A stretch of DNA of 63,997 nucleotides, the filler included, from Diploschistes diacapsis (taxonomy: Eukaryota), in the NCBI GenBank assembly GCA_023645945.1. It is 4 parts of 4 records of this genome, joined end to end, with 100 filler letters (N's around TTAATTAATTAA, not from the genome) between each part and the next. Parts side by side here need not be neighbours in the genome. Positions count along the whole stretch, not along the records: positions 1 to 16,815 come from JALAIB010000485.1; 3 more parts are not named here. One strand, given 5' to 3'. A model generated the notes under the pieces. That model ran no database searches. It saw only the letters and a list, made by a program, of their open reading frames with translations, and had not been told where the DNA came from. Position numbers and translations under genes: made by a program. This document shows, piece after piece, positions 1 to 12,477 of the stretch. Each line of letters starts with the position of its first letter. Position 1 is the stretch's first letter.

Positions 1-35
1 GAGCAGAGGGAGAAGGCGGAGAGGAGGGCACCCAT
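1..35 (-). CDS. Possible 5' start of a gene running off the left edge (MGALLSAFSLC...)
   Basis: ATG at 35-33 opens a frame to the window edge; a GTAAGT donor-like motif lies upstream on the same strand (~176-171). Too short to identify. Confidence 0.25.
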   Translation of the reverse strand, partial: MGALLSAFSLC

Positions 36-2125
36 TGGTTAGACTTTTGGGAGGGTGGGGGTAGACAGGGTTTTGGCGCTGTGAGTTTCGGATTCCGGTG
101 GGAGTGGTGGATGGGTTTGATTCTGTTGTTGGTGTTGAATGGAGATGATGCAGTCACTTACTTACCTTCTTGCTTGGGCTACCCCTTGACTCTAATGCGC
201 CCGAGAAAGCACGATGGTGTGCAGAGACAGACGATTGGAGTCGAGGAGCTTGAAAACCGAGCTGGAGAGAAGCGAGCTTCCAGGTGCTTTTCATGCGCTT
301 GACAGCTCGAGCTCGTACCTGTCGAGTTCCAAGGCCATTGTATTGTTTCTTTGTATGTTCTATAATGCATTGCTTGCACTTAGACTAGGTGAGGTTTCAG
401 ACAAAGGCCACATCCCGTTTTCATACTGGGGCTTGGCTTTGTTCGTCTTGAATAGTGTTTCACTGTGTGATTGATTGGGTAATCATAATATGGTGGCTGC
501 TAGATAAGGTGCGATAGCAAGTTTGGTGACAAGAACGTGTAGAGGGTCGAGCCGGACACCAAGTCACTCGAGATCAAGTGTATCGGAACGCCTCAGGGTT
601 TGGTGATTATCTTGAATGTCCGCTACTATCAGACTGCAGGCCTGATCGTATGATGGAGATTTTCAAGATACTAGAGATAAGAATCTCACCTAACTAATGA
701 CACCAATATTATCATCCGATTACTTGTACAGCAATACTATAGCAATATAATGATCAGCAGAGTAGGCTTTACAAGTAGTGCCATGGCAATGTATGAGTGA
801 TAGGAGTGTCCAAACTCAAAGATAAATCCTTTTACAATCAGCTCAGCGGCATGCAGAACAGTAGGGAAGAATGTGCAGTCAAAGATTAACATAATCACAA
901 GCAATGCCGTCGCAACGCACTAATCAATTTCGAAATTTCGTATATAAGAGGTATGGATTATGCTGTAGAGATTGTCCGACTTGAGAAAGAAAAATGATTA
1001 GCCTACCGTTCTTGTATCATACACAAATATCCGCAATTACTACCACTGATCGCTCCGACGCTCTACTTCGCTCAAGCCAGGCCAAGTTTACAGATAGAGA
1101 AACACTTTGGCAGGGGTCTCAAAAGCTTCGCTATATGCAACCAATGACTTGCCGTCCAATCCAGAGCCCGGGCCAGTTCTAAACTCTTTCCATGGAATCA
1201 GGTCAGCATCGTCAGACTTGAGTACCTTTGACGGTGCAAAGGCATTTTCAATCGCTCGAGCTTGCTTCAACTTTAGAGCGTACCCACGAGGTCATTCTAC
1301 CTGACCACGGTCCTCTGGTCCTTGGATAGCGAAATTAAGCAGAATATTGCTCGCTCAACTGCACTTTCGCCCGGCATTTACCAGTCACAAGAAGCCAGTC
1401 CAGGAGGTCGCGCTTAATCTTTCCAACCAAAGTGTCAATAAAGGCGATGTCGTCCCAGGAGCCATTAGCGGGAGAAAGGAGACGGCGGCACGTGGTGCCT
1501 TTGAACCAGTTCCTTAGAGCCGATATTATTGATCCCACCATTCCTAACCCGGCAGGAGTGCGGAGCCAGGGGGCACGCAAGGGCATTGGCTTAGGAGGTA
1601 TCAGGAGTCTGCATCCTTCATCGACGAAGAGGGATTCAATTATGAGACACGAGGTGAAGAAGAAGCTTCCTGGTCGAGGATGAGCGGACGACTGTGTGTC
1701 GAACTAGCTAGGCAAAGGCAGACGAGTAGGATTGCATCAAGGCTGAAGTAAGTGCTGCGATTGAAAGGCGCTGTGAGCGATAGTAGCAAAAACGAGCGCC
1801 ATCGCCTTGGTATTTATGCTGGGAGATCAGATAGCATCTTTCTGCTCGATCTTTTTCATACCCCAGAACAATTACATCAAGGCGTCTCTACCTTCTTCTT
1901 TGTCCATAACCTTCCACGCGGCATTGTTGACTCGCTCGGAGTATCGACCCTCAAGGCGACAGACAAGCGACGACCTTATACCACCAAAGAAGCGTTGAAG
2001 CGCTTTTAGCTTCACATTACATCGTGGCTCGGTTACAGTGTGATGCGAAGACTTCCTGGGAGTAGATTCGGAGGTTAATTGTATCCATCTTGTCGCAAGA
2101 CCGCTTTGAATAGTATGTCATACCA

Positions 2126-3595
2126 TCAACTAGAGCCATTGTTCTTGTCCTCGAATCTCAGCCTTGTCCTTCTCCCCAAGGTCATTTGGAGAATGAGAAG
2201 CCCAAAGCAGCCAACCATAATCCCGGAAAACATGGTAAAGCTCCATCCTATTCCTATGCCAGCAATACAAGGCATAACGGCCGCCGTACCCGCAGCGCCC
2301 AACAGGCATCTGACAAGGTTCAATGCAGCCGTCGCAGAAGCACTCCTGTTAGAATAGATGTCGACGAGAAACGTTGTGACAACACTCTGGATAGATACAG
2401 AAGCCCAACCGATAATGAACAGACAGACTATCGGAACGGCCATGTGCACACTCTTGTCCAGTGTCCAGCCAAAAACCAGAGTCGAAGTAATCTCGAGTCC
2501 ACCGTATAGCCAAACGGTGCGCAGTCTTGCTTGCTCGAGCGGAAACTCTTTTGGCTCTCCGTTGAAGTTCCTCTTGAGACGCCGGTAGTCAGAATCAAGA
2601 AATTTGCCCGTGAGCAGAGTTCCCGCCATGCAGCCAGCACCGTTCGCAAGGAACACGAGGCCGATTTGTATCTCTGTCAAGTGATAGGTAGTCTGAAACA
2701 GCGTAGAGAGCACCGTCAGGACAATTTGCCATACCATGTAGAATATACCGACCATTAAGATGGTAAAGGTGCCTTGAAGCTGGACCAAAATACGAAGGGG
2801 TCCCAGAACATCAATGTGGGCTTTCTTCTTTGGCGCCTCGGGTATTTGACTATTCGATCTCACAAGCGTATCTGCAGAGAGTCGCCGATGTTGAAGATAC
2901 GCCAACGGCGACTTCGCCAGGCCCTTAGGAGCTATCGACCCATTGCCAACCAAAGCCCGCAGCGTCTCCGGCAAGATGACGACAAGGAGCACCAGAAAGA
3001 CGGCACCGAAGATGGTGAGAAACCAAAAGATAGCCCTCCACCCAAGCGTACCCGCAAACACACCGCCGAGGATCGGGCCAACGGCAAGCGGCACAAGCAC
3101 AATCCCCTGGAAGACTCCCATGAACCCGCCCCTCTCCTCCCGCGTCGTGATATCGCCGATTACGCCCGCTCCGATGGCGATAGTGCTTGCACTCCCGGAG
3201 CTCTGCAAGCACCGCAGCACTGCGAGCTGGGCATAGCTCTTGGTTTCTGCGAGCCCGATGCATGCGCCAAGAAAGACGATGAAGGTGCAGATGTAGGTGA
3301 TCCGACGTCCCTCCACGTCGGATAGAGCGCCCCAGAAGGTGGGAGATAGGCCTTGGAAGATTAGGTAGAGCGTCACGGTTAGATTGACGAGCTCCTGCGA
3401 GACATGCAAATCATCGGCGACCGAGGGGATGGCGGGGAAGTAGATATTGGATGCAAAAGATGAGAAACTGGCTGCTATGGAAACGAGAATCAAGAGGAGG
3501 ACCTTTTGTTGGGAAGTGAAGATGGTGTATGGTGCTGGCACTCCCTCGAAGCGTTCGTGAGGCTTTCCCCTTTGTTGTTCAGGCGTTCCGCCCAT
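2126..3595 (-). CDS. MFS multidrug transporter, DHA1 (QDR/Dtr1-like) type, intronless
   Basis: 489-aa ORF with many hydrophobic segments; motifs SNIYFPAIP, GALSDVEGRR, ERGGFMG, LGWRAIFW, LPETL, FPLEQARL, ATAALNLVRC. Confidence 0.93.
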   Translation of the reverse strand: MGGTPEQQRGKPHERFEGVPAPYTIFTSQQKVLLLILVSIAASFSSFASNIYFPAIPSVADDLHVSQELVNLTVTLYLIFQGLSPTFWGALSDVEGRRITYICTFIVFLGACIGLAETKSYAQLAVLRCLQSSGSASTIAIGAGVIGDITTREERGGFMGVFQGIVLVPLAVGPILGGVFAGTLGWRAIFWFLTIFGAVFLVLLVVILPETLRALVGNGSIAPKGLAKSPLAYLQHRRLSADTLVRSNSQIPEAPKKKAHIDVLGPLRILVQLQGTFTILMVGIFYMVWQIVLTVLSTLFQTTYHLTEIQIGLVFLANGAGCMAGTLLTGKFLDSDYRRLKRNFNGEPKEFPLEQARLRTVWLYGGLEITSTLVFGWTLDKSVHMAVPIVCLFIIGWASVSIQSVVTTFLVDIYSNRSASATAALNLVRCLLGAAGTAAVMPCIAGIGIGWSFTMFSGIMVGCFGLLILQMTLGRRTRLRFEDKNNGSS

Positions 3596-4257
3596 ACTTT
3601 GTTCTACTATCTTGTTGTAAACTATCGATTACAACATATAATCTGAGATCAGCACCAGTCTAAGATGAATTCGGGGTGACTATGAGAGTAGTGAGGAACT
3701 CAGGAAGGTCAGCAGAAGCACTAGAGAGTGAGTCGAAGGAATAAATCCACTGTTGTTAGCAGAAGGAATTTGAAGATGGATAGGTAACCTAAAATGGAGT
3801 ATAACCTAAGCGTCTATATAGCCTCGAGCAATGTCCAACTACTAGCCTTCTCACGTAGCGCTTGCCTCAACCTCGCAGAAAGATTGCGGAAGCCGCTAAC
3901 AGTTAAACATGGCTGGCGACTCTATACTTAGAATTCAGTTAGAGCGCGCACGCGTAGCTGGAAACCCCAGGTATGCCCAGCACTACTTCTCAACAGGGAC
4001 AGGGCCGGCGGCAGCCGAAGTAGCCAATAGCCATACATAGTCGAAGGGCTGACAGAATAACTACGTAGATTGATCATTTTCAGGAGGCCGTATCACTCAC
4101 ACAAAGCATTACACATAAGTATCAGTAACCACACGTCACTTTCCAGCGGTCTCGATAGAACGAGGCGCGCCTGACAGCCTATCCAGAGGCGCACCTGCTA
4201 CATGAACGCAGGAAGGAACAAACCGGCGCGACGGCGGGCAACCGGGCTACCCCATCC

Positions 4258-6158
4258 CTATCCTAGTATAACGTTAAAGCTCGCAGACGCCACGTCCGCC
4301 ACATATGCTGGCGACGCGCCCTGCTTGAACCTCGCACCGCCTGGAACGCCACCATCACCACCACTCGTCATTGGGGCCGTAGAATTACCCGCGAGCCAAG
4401 TATTCACTGTCGCTGCATCCAGCGCTGTATCGAAATCGACCCAGCTACCGAGGACCTGGATGTGGACCTGGTCCCCGGAGACGATGAGCGCCATCTTCAT
4501 GCTTGCCGCGCCGTCCGGGCGGGGAAAGCCCTTGGGTGGGGTACCGGAGTAGTGGCCGTTCATGTGGAGGCTGGCGTAGCCGATGGAGGGGGGCTCGTTG
4601 CCGGGGAGGATCTCGATGACGTCGAGCTCGCCGGCGCCGTTGCTCCAGCCGGTGCAGTCGCCGCTGAAGGAGAAGCCGTATTGGCCGATGTTGATGGTTG
4701 TACTTGCGAGAGACCACCTGGAGACGCTTGTTAGCATGGGTGTCGAAAATAGGTGCCGAATACCGAAGGACTTACCAAGCGGGCAGGTTCGTGTTCTCTG
4801 CCATACCAATAAATTGGTTTGTGCAGTAGGACCCGCATTTGCTTTGTGGCATCTGGAATTCAGCAAGGACAACTCGATCGCCTCCCCAGCCATCTGTTGT
4901 CTTGCATGAGCTTTTCATATTGTTGATGGGGGCTTGACATACGATGAGCGATTGCTCCAGGCGTCACCACACTGCATCCCCCCTCATTGTCACTGGAAGA
5001 GCAGAGAGAGTCGGTGCTGACGATAACCTCGTAGTTGTCAGGGATGAATCCAGAGGAGCCTAACATTGAAGGGCCTTCTGCCTTGTAGGCTCCATTGGAG
5101 GCAACCCAGCCTGGCAGGAAACCGAATGCCTCACTGATTGTCATTAGGTTTTGTTGGTTTTGCCGGGATAGGGATGCTTACATCGTCATATTGTTGTTGG
5201 CGGTAAAGGCAATACCATTGTTCGTCTGCGAAGGGGCATCAAAGTATGCAACACGGGGCCAGCTCCCTGAGCCAGAAAAACCTGCGCTTGGCCCGTCACC
5301 TGAACTTTGAGTATAAACGCTCGATGATGCGGCAGTTGGCGAAGGAACGTTGCTGGACGAGCAACTTGTTGAGACAGCTGAGCTGTATGTCGTACGTCCA
5401 TTATTGACTTCGCTGTAGACAAGTCCACCACTGGTCGTGCTCTGTTTGTCTGCGCTAGCTGAGGCTATGACTGCACTCTTCAGGGCACTGCTGATTGCAC
5501 TGACAATCGCTTGGCTTTTTGCACTAGGGGATGCACTGGCGGCGGCCATATTGGTGACTGTCTCAACCGGTGCCGCAGGATTGTTCCAAGTGTCGGCGAA
5601 ACTCACGACGTTCCCATTGATCGTAGCAGTAATCTCTAGATCGCTGGCAGGTGCAGGAGCAGAGGTAGCTGGAGTATACCAATTATCCTCAAAGCTATCA
5701 ACCTTGCCGTCGATAGTTGCGATCACTTCTGTTCCATAACCACGCTTTTCGACCTGACCACCGAGCTCTTTTCCATGATGATGGTGATTGACGCGCTTGA
5801 TGTCGTGAGAGTGACGGCGCGTATGAGGCTTGCCTTTGGTGTCGCGCTTCATATTGGTATTGGGCTGAGTAGTGGACGCCTGGTAGACGGCGAACTGCAG
5901 GAGGTTGAGAGGCCCGCGAAAGATGTGAGACATTTCATCAGTCAGAGGAGCCAGAGGTCCGTCAGTCGTCACATCCTGCAAAGGACAGCTGGGATTTCCA
6001 TTGTTGTAGTTGACTACAGCAGCTCTCTGGTAGGTGTAACCACCAGGGAAACCTCCGAAAGAGAGAGCGTTGGTAGTCTGTCCGCTACCTACTGCGTCGC
6101 CGGCGATCGCTGGAATCACGCCGGCGAATGCAGCGCTGGCAAGCAGAAGCTGGTTCAT
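4258..6158 (-). CDS. Secreted TOS1/PGA52-like cell-wall protein (DUF2403 + DUF2401), multi-exon
   Basis: Signal peptide MNQLLLASAAFAG; IFRGPLNLLQFAVY motif; Ser/Thr-rich linker with two ATI(D/N)GxVxSF repeats; C-terminal WSNGAGELDVIEIL; introns near 5134-5182, 4900-4940 and 4718-4775. Confidence 0.88.
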
Positions 6159-9100
6159 GACGACAAAGCTAGTGGTACAACAACCAGTGACAGTGATTAT
6201 TCAGAACCCCAGGTCCTTCCTTAAGCGATGACTGGTTTGAAATGAGTGTGAAAGGTGACGCGTATCTCGAAGATGCTCAGATAAAGTAGCCGATAGGGAC
6301 AGAACGGTAGTGAATGTTTGGCATACAAAAGGTAGGATTGCTCAAATGACTGACAGAAGTACTGCTTAGGAAGAATGCAAGAGAAAGCAATGAGAGTTAA
6401 CAAAGAAATACCCTGCTTCCTAAGCAGGAAAAGGAAGTTGCGCTGGGCTGCTATATCTCATTCTAAGTTGTGTAGAATGCGTTCTCCTAGCAACAAGCAC
6501 TGATGAGCCGCTAAGAAGCAAGAGACACAGATTTCGCATTGCGTTGACAAATATTCAATCACAGTGAGTAGAAGACATAGTCCATCAACTGAGGACGACA
6601 CCGATTCCTCTCTAACCTTATTCACTTCAACTGCTCCCATATAGGCACAAAGCCTTTCGAATTATTAGGTCTTCCGCATGAGTCTTCCCATACAGTCTGG
6701 TTTTGCGTCTTGATGAGTGCTGTATGTATGTTCCAAGGTATTGTTGCTGCGAAGTTGAGACTAGACACCGGCTTCAATAAGAGGAGTAGGCAAGTGGAAG
6801 CAATTCAAACCCCTGATCTCTGCGGCTTTGAACGACTTAAAGTCAAGTGTATATAACTACCTCCAACAACTTAAGCTCAGCCAGCGAACCTCTCCGCCCC
6901 TATCCTCAGCGGCACTCTGACTCCCTCCTCCGCTGCATAGTAACATTGTGCATTATCTTCTTCCTCAAAGTCATGCTCCCCTCCTGTCTTACCCACCACG
7001 CCTCCTACTTTTCACTCTCCATCGTTTCACTTAGCTCCTCATCACTCAGCCAGGGGTCAACAACCAATTAAAGCTCCATTCCGAAAGAGAGGCGCAATCA
7101 CTGTCAGAAACTGAATCTAGGCATAACCTCTTTCAATACCGGGTTACGCTTCGATTGAGAATGGGATATATGCCCCTGCAAGTGATTCATAGAGTAATGG
7201 GTTTGGGACGTTTCCGGCTTTAACACTTGGTTCAGCCTCTATCAGCCAGTGTTCATATCCGAAATGGTCAAGGCCCGTGAAGTCTGTATGCGGCTACACC
7301 TGGGGACTTCGAGGCGCTGCCGTCGGGGTTGAGGGAGATCGCCGTATCAGCCAGGTATAGATATTGTTTCCCGTCTATGCTTCGGAATTGATCGTCCACT
7401 GCTGTCTTCTTGGTACATGCAACAGACAATGAGACGCGTAGTTGCTCTGCCATGACGGTTCCGGGCATTCTGTTGAGAGGTCTGAAGATATTCTCCCGTA
7501 GTCCCGTTCAAGGAATCTCTATGGCCTATCATCCTATCAAAAAAAAGGTTGAAGGGGCCCCCTGAATTCAAAATTCGAGGCGAGATTTATGATAGCATAT
7601 ACATGGCGTTTGCTACTGTCCTATGGCATCTTGGCCCTTTGGGTTTAAGTCCGATTGGGCTTATTACTCCGAAAGCGAGCACATAAGATCCTGATTCCAT
7701 ATACGCTTTCAAGCCTTCTTAAAGGATCTTGGAGGAGCAAAGCCAAGCCTTTGTTAAGTCAGCCTGCAGCGCATGTAAGAACCTCGACTTACGAATGACA
7801 ACCCTTAGAAGGGCGGCAGCATTGTGGTTGCTACGCAAGCCATCATCTACCCAAATTCCCTGTTTTGTTAATCACCACGAAAATTAGTCTTACGACATCC
7901 GAGGACAGCGAAGTGATCAGGTTTCCGCCATCCTCATTTCCCTCGGTCTAGCTACCTATCATCGCTTGCGCCTAATATAACTTTTCTAGCCACACTAAAG
8001 TGCCGGTCTTCAGAGATATACCGTCTGGAGACACAATAAGGTATCCCCCATCGCCCTCCACCTTCTCGTACATCTTGTGGCCGTTCCCTCATGAGGCCAG
8101 CGGGAAGATAATCTGTACCCATGGCTCAGCGTCAACTTCTTTGGTGGATAGCTTGGAGCCCAAAGAACGCGTCGGTAGAACAGAAGGATCAAATCGCTCA
8201 AGTCTATGGGGGTATCCTTTATGGTAAGCCTGTCGTCATTGCCTTTATAATGTTGTCCCTTAGCGCCCTACGAACATGTAAGCTGCAAACCGAAGCCAGA
8301 GCGATCGACCGCGTACCGAGTAGAGTAACATACTGTTACATAGAAGAACCTGCGCTGGCCCAGTTTGTTGTACCAACAAACTCGCCCTTTCGGGAAATTC
8401 CTGATGACTATCGTAAAAGAAAGCTTTCGCTGGAAAAGGATTATCCATAAAGGATTCTTGACAACCGTCACAGGCATTCTTCTTGTTAATTCCCATGTCC
8501 AATGAGCATAGTTCAGCAGCAAGCATTGCTCGCTCAGATATACCAATAAAGAGTGGACGAGATAGTACAGCTACTAGTAACCTCTCAATCAAGATTCTTG
8601 AACTCAACATTATTAGCAAGCTTTCCTAAGTCTAACATCATGCATAGCACGATTTTTTTGCTTATACTGCAACACCATACAGCATATTGTTCGTGAATAA
8701 GTTGCAGCAAGAACACAAAGACGCTATCGACAACCGTAACGCTTTCTCCGAATGTCCAGAAATCGAGGGACATGTATAACTCCCAACAACGCTGCGATCT
8801 CTGTAGTGCATTTGAACCGTTGATCCTGGGTTCTTCTGGTCTGTTGGTGCTACTGTCAATATATAGTTAGAGTTCTAGAAGATTGTCCGTGGTTCTTTTT
8901 CCAACGAATAAAGGAGCCGTCTCGCAATATGCCATAACGGATGGTTCCCAGCACCCCCTAGCGCAAGTCAACTACTAGCTTTAACCAATCTGAAGTACAA
9001 CATCCTTCTATTCTGACGGCCCAATCACGTCTTCCGTGCGCTCATGACAGACTCTTAAGATATCGACCCATCCGGATTCTCCTCAGCACTGTACGGGCTT

Positions 9101-10652
9101 TATGCGGTATCATGAGCTTGTCCAAGTCATTAGCTTTCGACGTGCAAGCGCATGTCCTTTAGTTGTAGTTCTTCGAAGTCGACCTCGAGCTCTCTCCGAT
9201 ACTGTCAGGCCCTCTTCGAATGTTATAACCGTTTCTACAATCTAGGACAAGATTGCACACACCCACAGGCCTTCTTGCGACAGTGCTCTCCGCATAAAGC
9301 CAAGAGCCCTGCGACGCAGTGTCTGGTAGTGACAGACCCAAACAACAATATACATACTCTGTCACGCTCTGTCAAAGTACTGTGAGCGGTACAGCGCACC
9401 TGCGCAGAACAGGAATAGGCATCACCGCATTTTGCACCACGTATGTGTCTCAGCCACTGGAAGGGCTAGCCCCATGGTGCGGGTTAGGTTATAACGAGTT
9501 GTTCGTATCCAGCTTGAATGGGTAGCTTACGTGGAGACAAGCATATGTTACTTAATCAACATAGCAATTGCGCTTGGATCTGCCCTGATATGCTTGCCGT
9601 TTTTTTCTTATTAGATCTAATAGTGGTGAGATATCGGAAGGCTCAGACATCATAGTATCCCATCCGCTAATATTTCTGTTTTCATTCAAATTGCACATAA
9701 GCAATCTGCGATAACGCACACAGCCTTGAACAGCTGCATTCATGTAGGAAAGCCAGGGTAACTTGGATGTCACGTTTCCCAATAGCTAGGGAACGAAGTT
9801 CTCAACCCTAAAATTATAGGACTGTCAGGAATCACAAGCACGATGTAAGTGCTCCGTAGACTTTGAAGGAGCAGAAACAGCGGATGAACCATAATTGCAG
9901 CGTACATAAACTAGCGAGACGACAAACCTCAAGTGCCGGTTGGCCTGTCCGTCAGAATCACTATACTAGGGTCAGCAGCCTCATTTGGTTTGCAGCAACT
10001 TGATGGTCCAGTTCACCAGCAATGGAAATGAAGACTATATTGGGCGCAGACAAGCTATGCTGGTTGCGCATGTTCGAAGGTTCTGGACTTGGAGAATCCC
10101 CTCATACCTGATGTTTCATCTTCGTAGTTACCGTTAGGTTCTTAGACTTCGATAGAGCAGATCTGTAGAAGTCAATGTTCTTGGGAGTACTCCTGGATGT
10201 TTCGGGTTGAAACACCTCGGATTGCTCAGGGCAAGATCATCATGCGCCATGGGCCAATCTTATGTGTCCTCTTGATTTCGACCTGTCCCTAGTTTGTCTG
10301 AGCGCTATAGACATGCGTATCTAAAGCGAGGACCCGGGGAACTTCATGCAAGGGAACCGTGACGATCATGCATCGCTAGTGTTGGCTGAACATAACATGG
10401 CTACACGTTGACACGTTAGTAGCCATAGCGAGCCACAGAGGAAATTGGCCCTACCCACATATAGAATATTCAAACACGCCAATGTTGTTACTTGTGCCTT
10501 GCCCTAAGAGTCGGCTGACATTGAAAGAACAGATCAGTGGATACAATGAATAATAAGCAAGCGCATTAGGAAGGCTGAGTCCTTCGTAGAGAAGTCTGCT
10601 TTTGCACATATTGCGATACTGGTTGAGAAATCCACACCTAGGGAACATGGTA

Positions 10653-12230
10653 TCACTTCCCACTAGCAGTAACGTTGGACGCATGTGCTAACAGGAACTT
10701 GCAGCAGGTGAGCGTGTATTTGCATGCACTTGTCCACGCTTCGTCCTGGCTCATTCCAAGCTTGATGCTGACACCGTGAATCTTGTCTTTTTCGATGGTA
10801 TATGGCAATCTCAAGACCTCGCCCTGTCTGTTCCTTGCGCCAGACTTCTCGACATGCTCGCCCAGCTGATTGAGGCAATCAAGGAACGCGACCATTGCCT
10901 CGTTGAACCGTCGATGAATGATCATCTTCCCAAGGGGTAGATCACCCGAGGAAAACAGTTCGAGCGTACTGGCCTTTGGCTGCGATTGAGGAGAAGTCCT
11001 GGAGGTAGCCCTCGTAGGCATAGTGGAATTTGCAGTTGATCCTGCCTGAGCATACTCGGTTTTCTCTATGCGAGAAGTACTTCCCATTGGCTTTATAGTA
11101 TAACCCCGGAAACTAAAGCCTAGCCTTTCGGCTACCGTCGCCAGCAGAAGCGCAGTAGCGCCCCATGCCGCATTAATCTCTGCCCACTCGACGTTGTTAG
11201 GTGGCGACAGCCTGCCAAGGCGAAGTCCATTAATAGTTCCGAAATTGCCATCATGGCCTATGCAAAATGTGTCATTGTAAACGTTCGTTCGCTGTAAGCG
11301 CTCGAGCTGCTCGGCATCATGATCGTAAGATGCGTTGAGAGCATCCCTTGTCCCTGCAAAAGCCAATAACTTGACGTCAAAGGCGTTTTTGGCCTTCCAA
11401 AATTTCATCTCCTCTAGATCCAGTACACGAGACTCAACATCAAGGTCCGCAATCTCCTCTTCGAGCTTGGCCTTTTCTTTCTCGAGCTCCAGAAGCTCCG
11501 CGAATGCCTCCTCCTCGGCTGTTTTCGCAGCTTTCAATTCGTTCTTCGCTGTTGCAACCTCTATTTCTGTAGGTGTAGAGTTCTTGAGCTCTTTCAAGAA
11601 CGTAACGTAAGCATCACGCTCTTTGGTAGACTCAAGGAGTCGTTTATGGAACTGGGCCAGAAGAAGCTCGGTACATTCGTTGCATATCGGATGATCAACA
11701 TCTGATCGAGAGGATAGGATCTCGAAAAGTCGACTATTGACCTCAATTCTGTGAGAGAGGGCTTGGTTCGAGCCACCTTCAACAAAGCTCGCAGGCGACT
11801 GCTGCTCATGCCGCTCCGGCTTACGCGTAGGCGAAAGAGTCTTTGTATTTAAGAGAGGCGGCCTGACCTGAGACTCTGTGAGCATCACAAATGACATTGC
11901 TGGATTCTCCTTAGAGGAGCCTTGAGCTGCTGAGCCCGTAGGAGCGGCAGGTATACCCCGCCGAGGGACCGAGACATTTTTCTTGAATACAGGCGAGGAC
12001 GCATTCTGAGCCGCGGCCTCATATACATTCGTTCGTTCTGTGCTGTTCGGTGGCCGAGGCTGTATGTTCTCGCTTTCAGGTGCTGTCTTGCTTGAGCCTG
12101 TAGCCCTTAGTATGGACACTTCTACGAGCCAAAGAGTTGACCGACCAACAAGCAGATCAAAGGCTGCAGGGTTGAGGCTATCAAGCGAGTGATCTAGTCT
12201 CAGCGGCACTCGACATTTCTGACAGTTCAT
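10653..12230 (-). CDS. ATG6: Autophagy protein Atg6/Vps30 (Beclin-1)
   Basis: Starts MNCQKC; SFVMLTES, DHPICNEC, coiled coil, LQRTNVYNDTFCIGHDG, GTINGLRLGRL, EINAAWG, WTSACKY; likely in-frame 48-nt intron 12098-12145. Confidence 0.96.
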   Translation of the reverse strand: MNCQKCRVPLRLDHSLDSLNPAAFDLLVGRSTLWLVEVSILRATGSSKTAPESENIQPRPPNSTERTNVYEAAAQNASSPVFKKNVSVPRRGIPAAPTGSAAQGSSKENPAMSFVMLTESQVRPPLLNTKTLSPTRKPERHEQQSPASFVEGGSNQALSHRIEVNSRLFEILSSRSDVDHPICNECTELLLAQFHKRLLESTKERDAYVTFLKELKNSTPTEIEVATAKNELKAAKTAEEEAFAELLELEKEKAKLEEEIADLDVESRVLDLEEMKFWKAKNAFDVKLLAFAGTRDALNASYDHDAEQLERLQRTNVYNDTFCIGHDGNFGTINGLRLGRLSPPNNVEWAEINAAWGATALLLATVAERLGFSFRGYTIKPMGSTSRIEKTEYAQAGSTANSTMPTRATSRTSPQSQPKASTLELFSSGDLPLGKMIIHRRFNEAMVAFLDCLNQLGEHVEKSGARNRQGEVLRLPYTIEKDKIHGVSIKLGMSQDEAWTSACKYTLTCCKFLLAHASNVTASGK

Positions 12231-12477
12231 AATGGTTCTCAGTAGAACTGCAAGGTCTTCACAAGGTTCGACTTCGATAATAGCCGCTCTGCTACAATCG
12301 CGGAAAGTTCCCGCAGAAAGAGGAGACGCGATAATCCCTACACGCGCAATCACCGCGCAGACAAACCCCAGCCTCCCTTTTCCACTATTAGTGTGACCTC
12401 AAAGATGGCGGCCTTACGGTGAGGCGTAATAGACATCCTCGAGAAAGTAAGGACGATCTAGAAGGTAATTCTAATCA

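Noticed and set aside
7140..7571. Short ORFs with a DGS motif suggesting RNase H
   Set aside because: No further supporting motifs; frames are short on both strands.
8000..8950. Possible spliced gene relic
   Set aside because: Intron-like signals are present but no coherent protein or family could be reconstructed.
9964..9974. TACTAGGGTCA match to the TIR motif
   Set aside because: Only 11 bp with no flanking similarity; compatible with chance.
12231..12353. N-terminal extension of ATG6 in the ORF track
   Set aside because: Begins at a non-ATG codon; the conserved start is MNCQKC at 12230.
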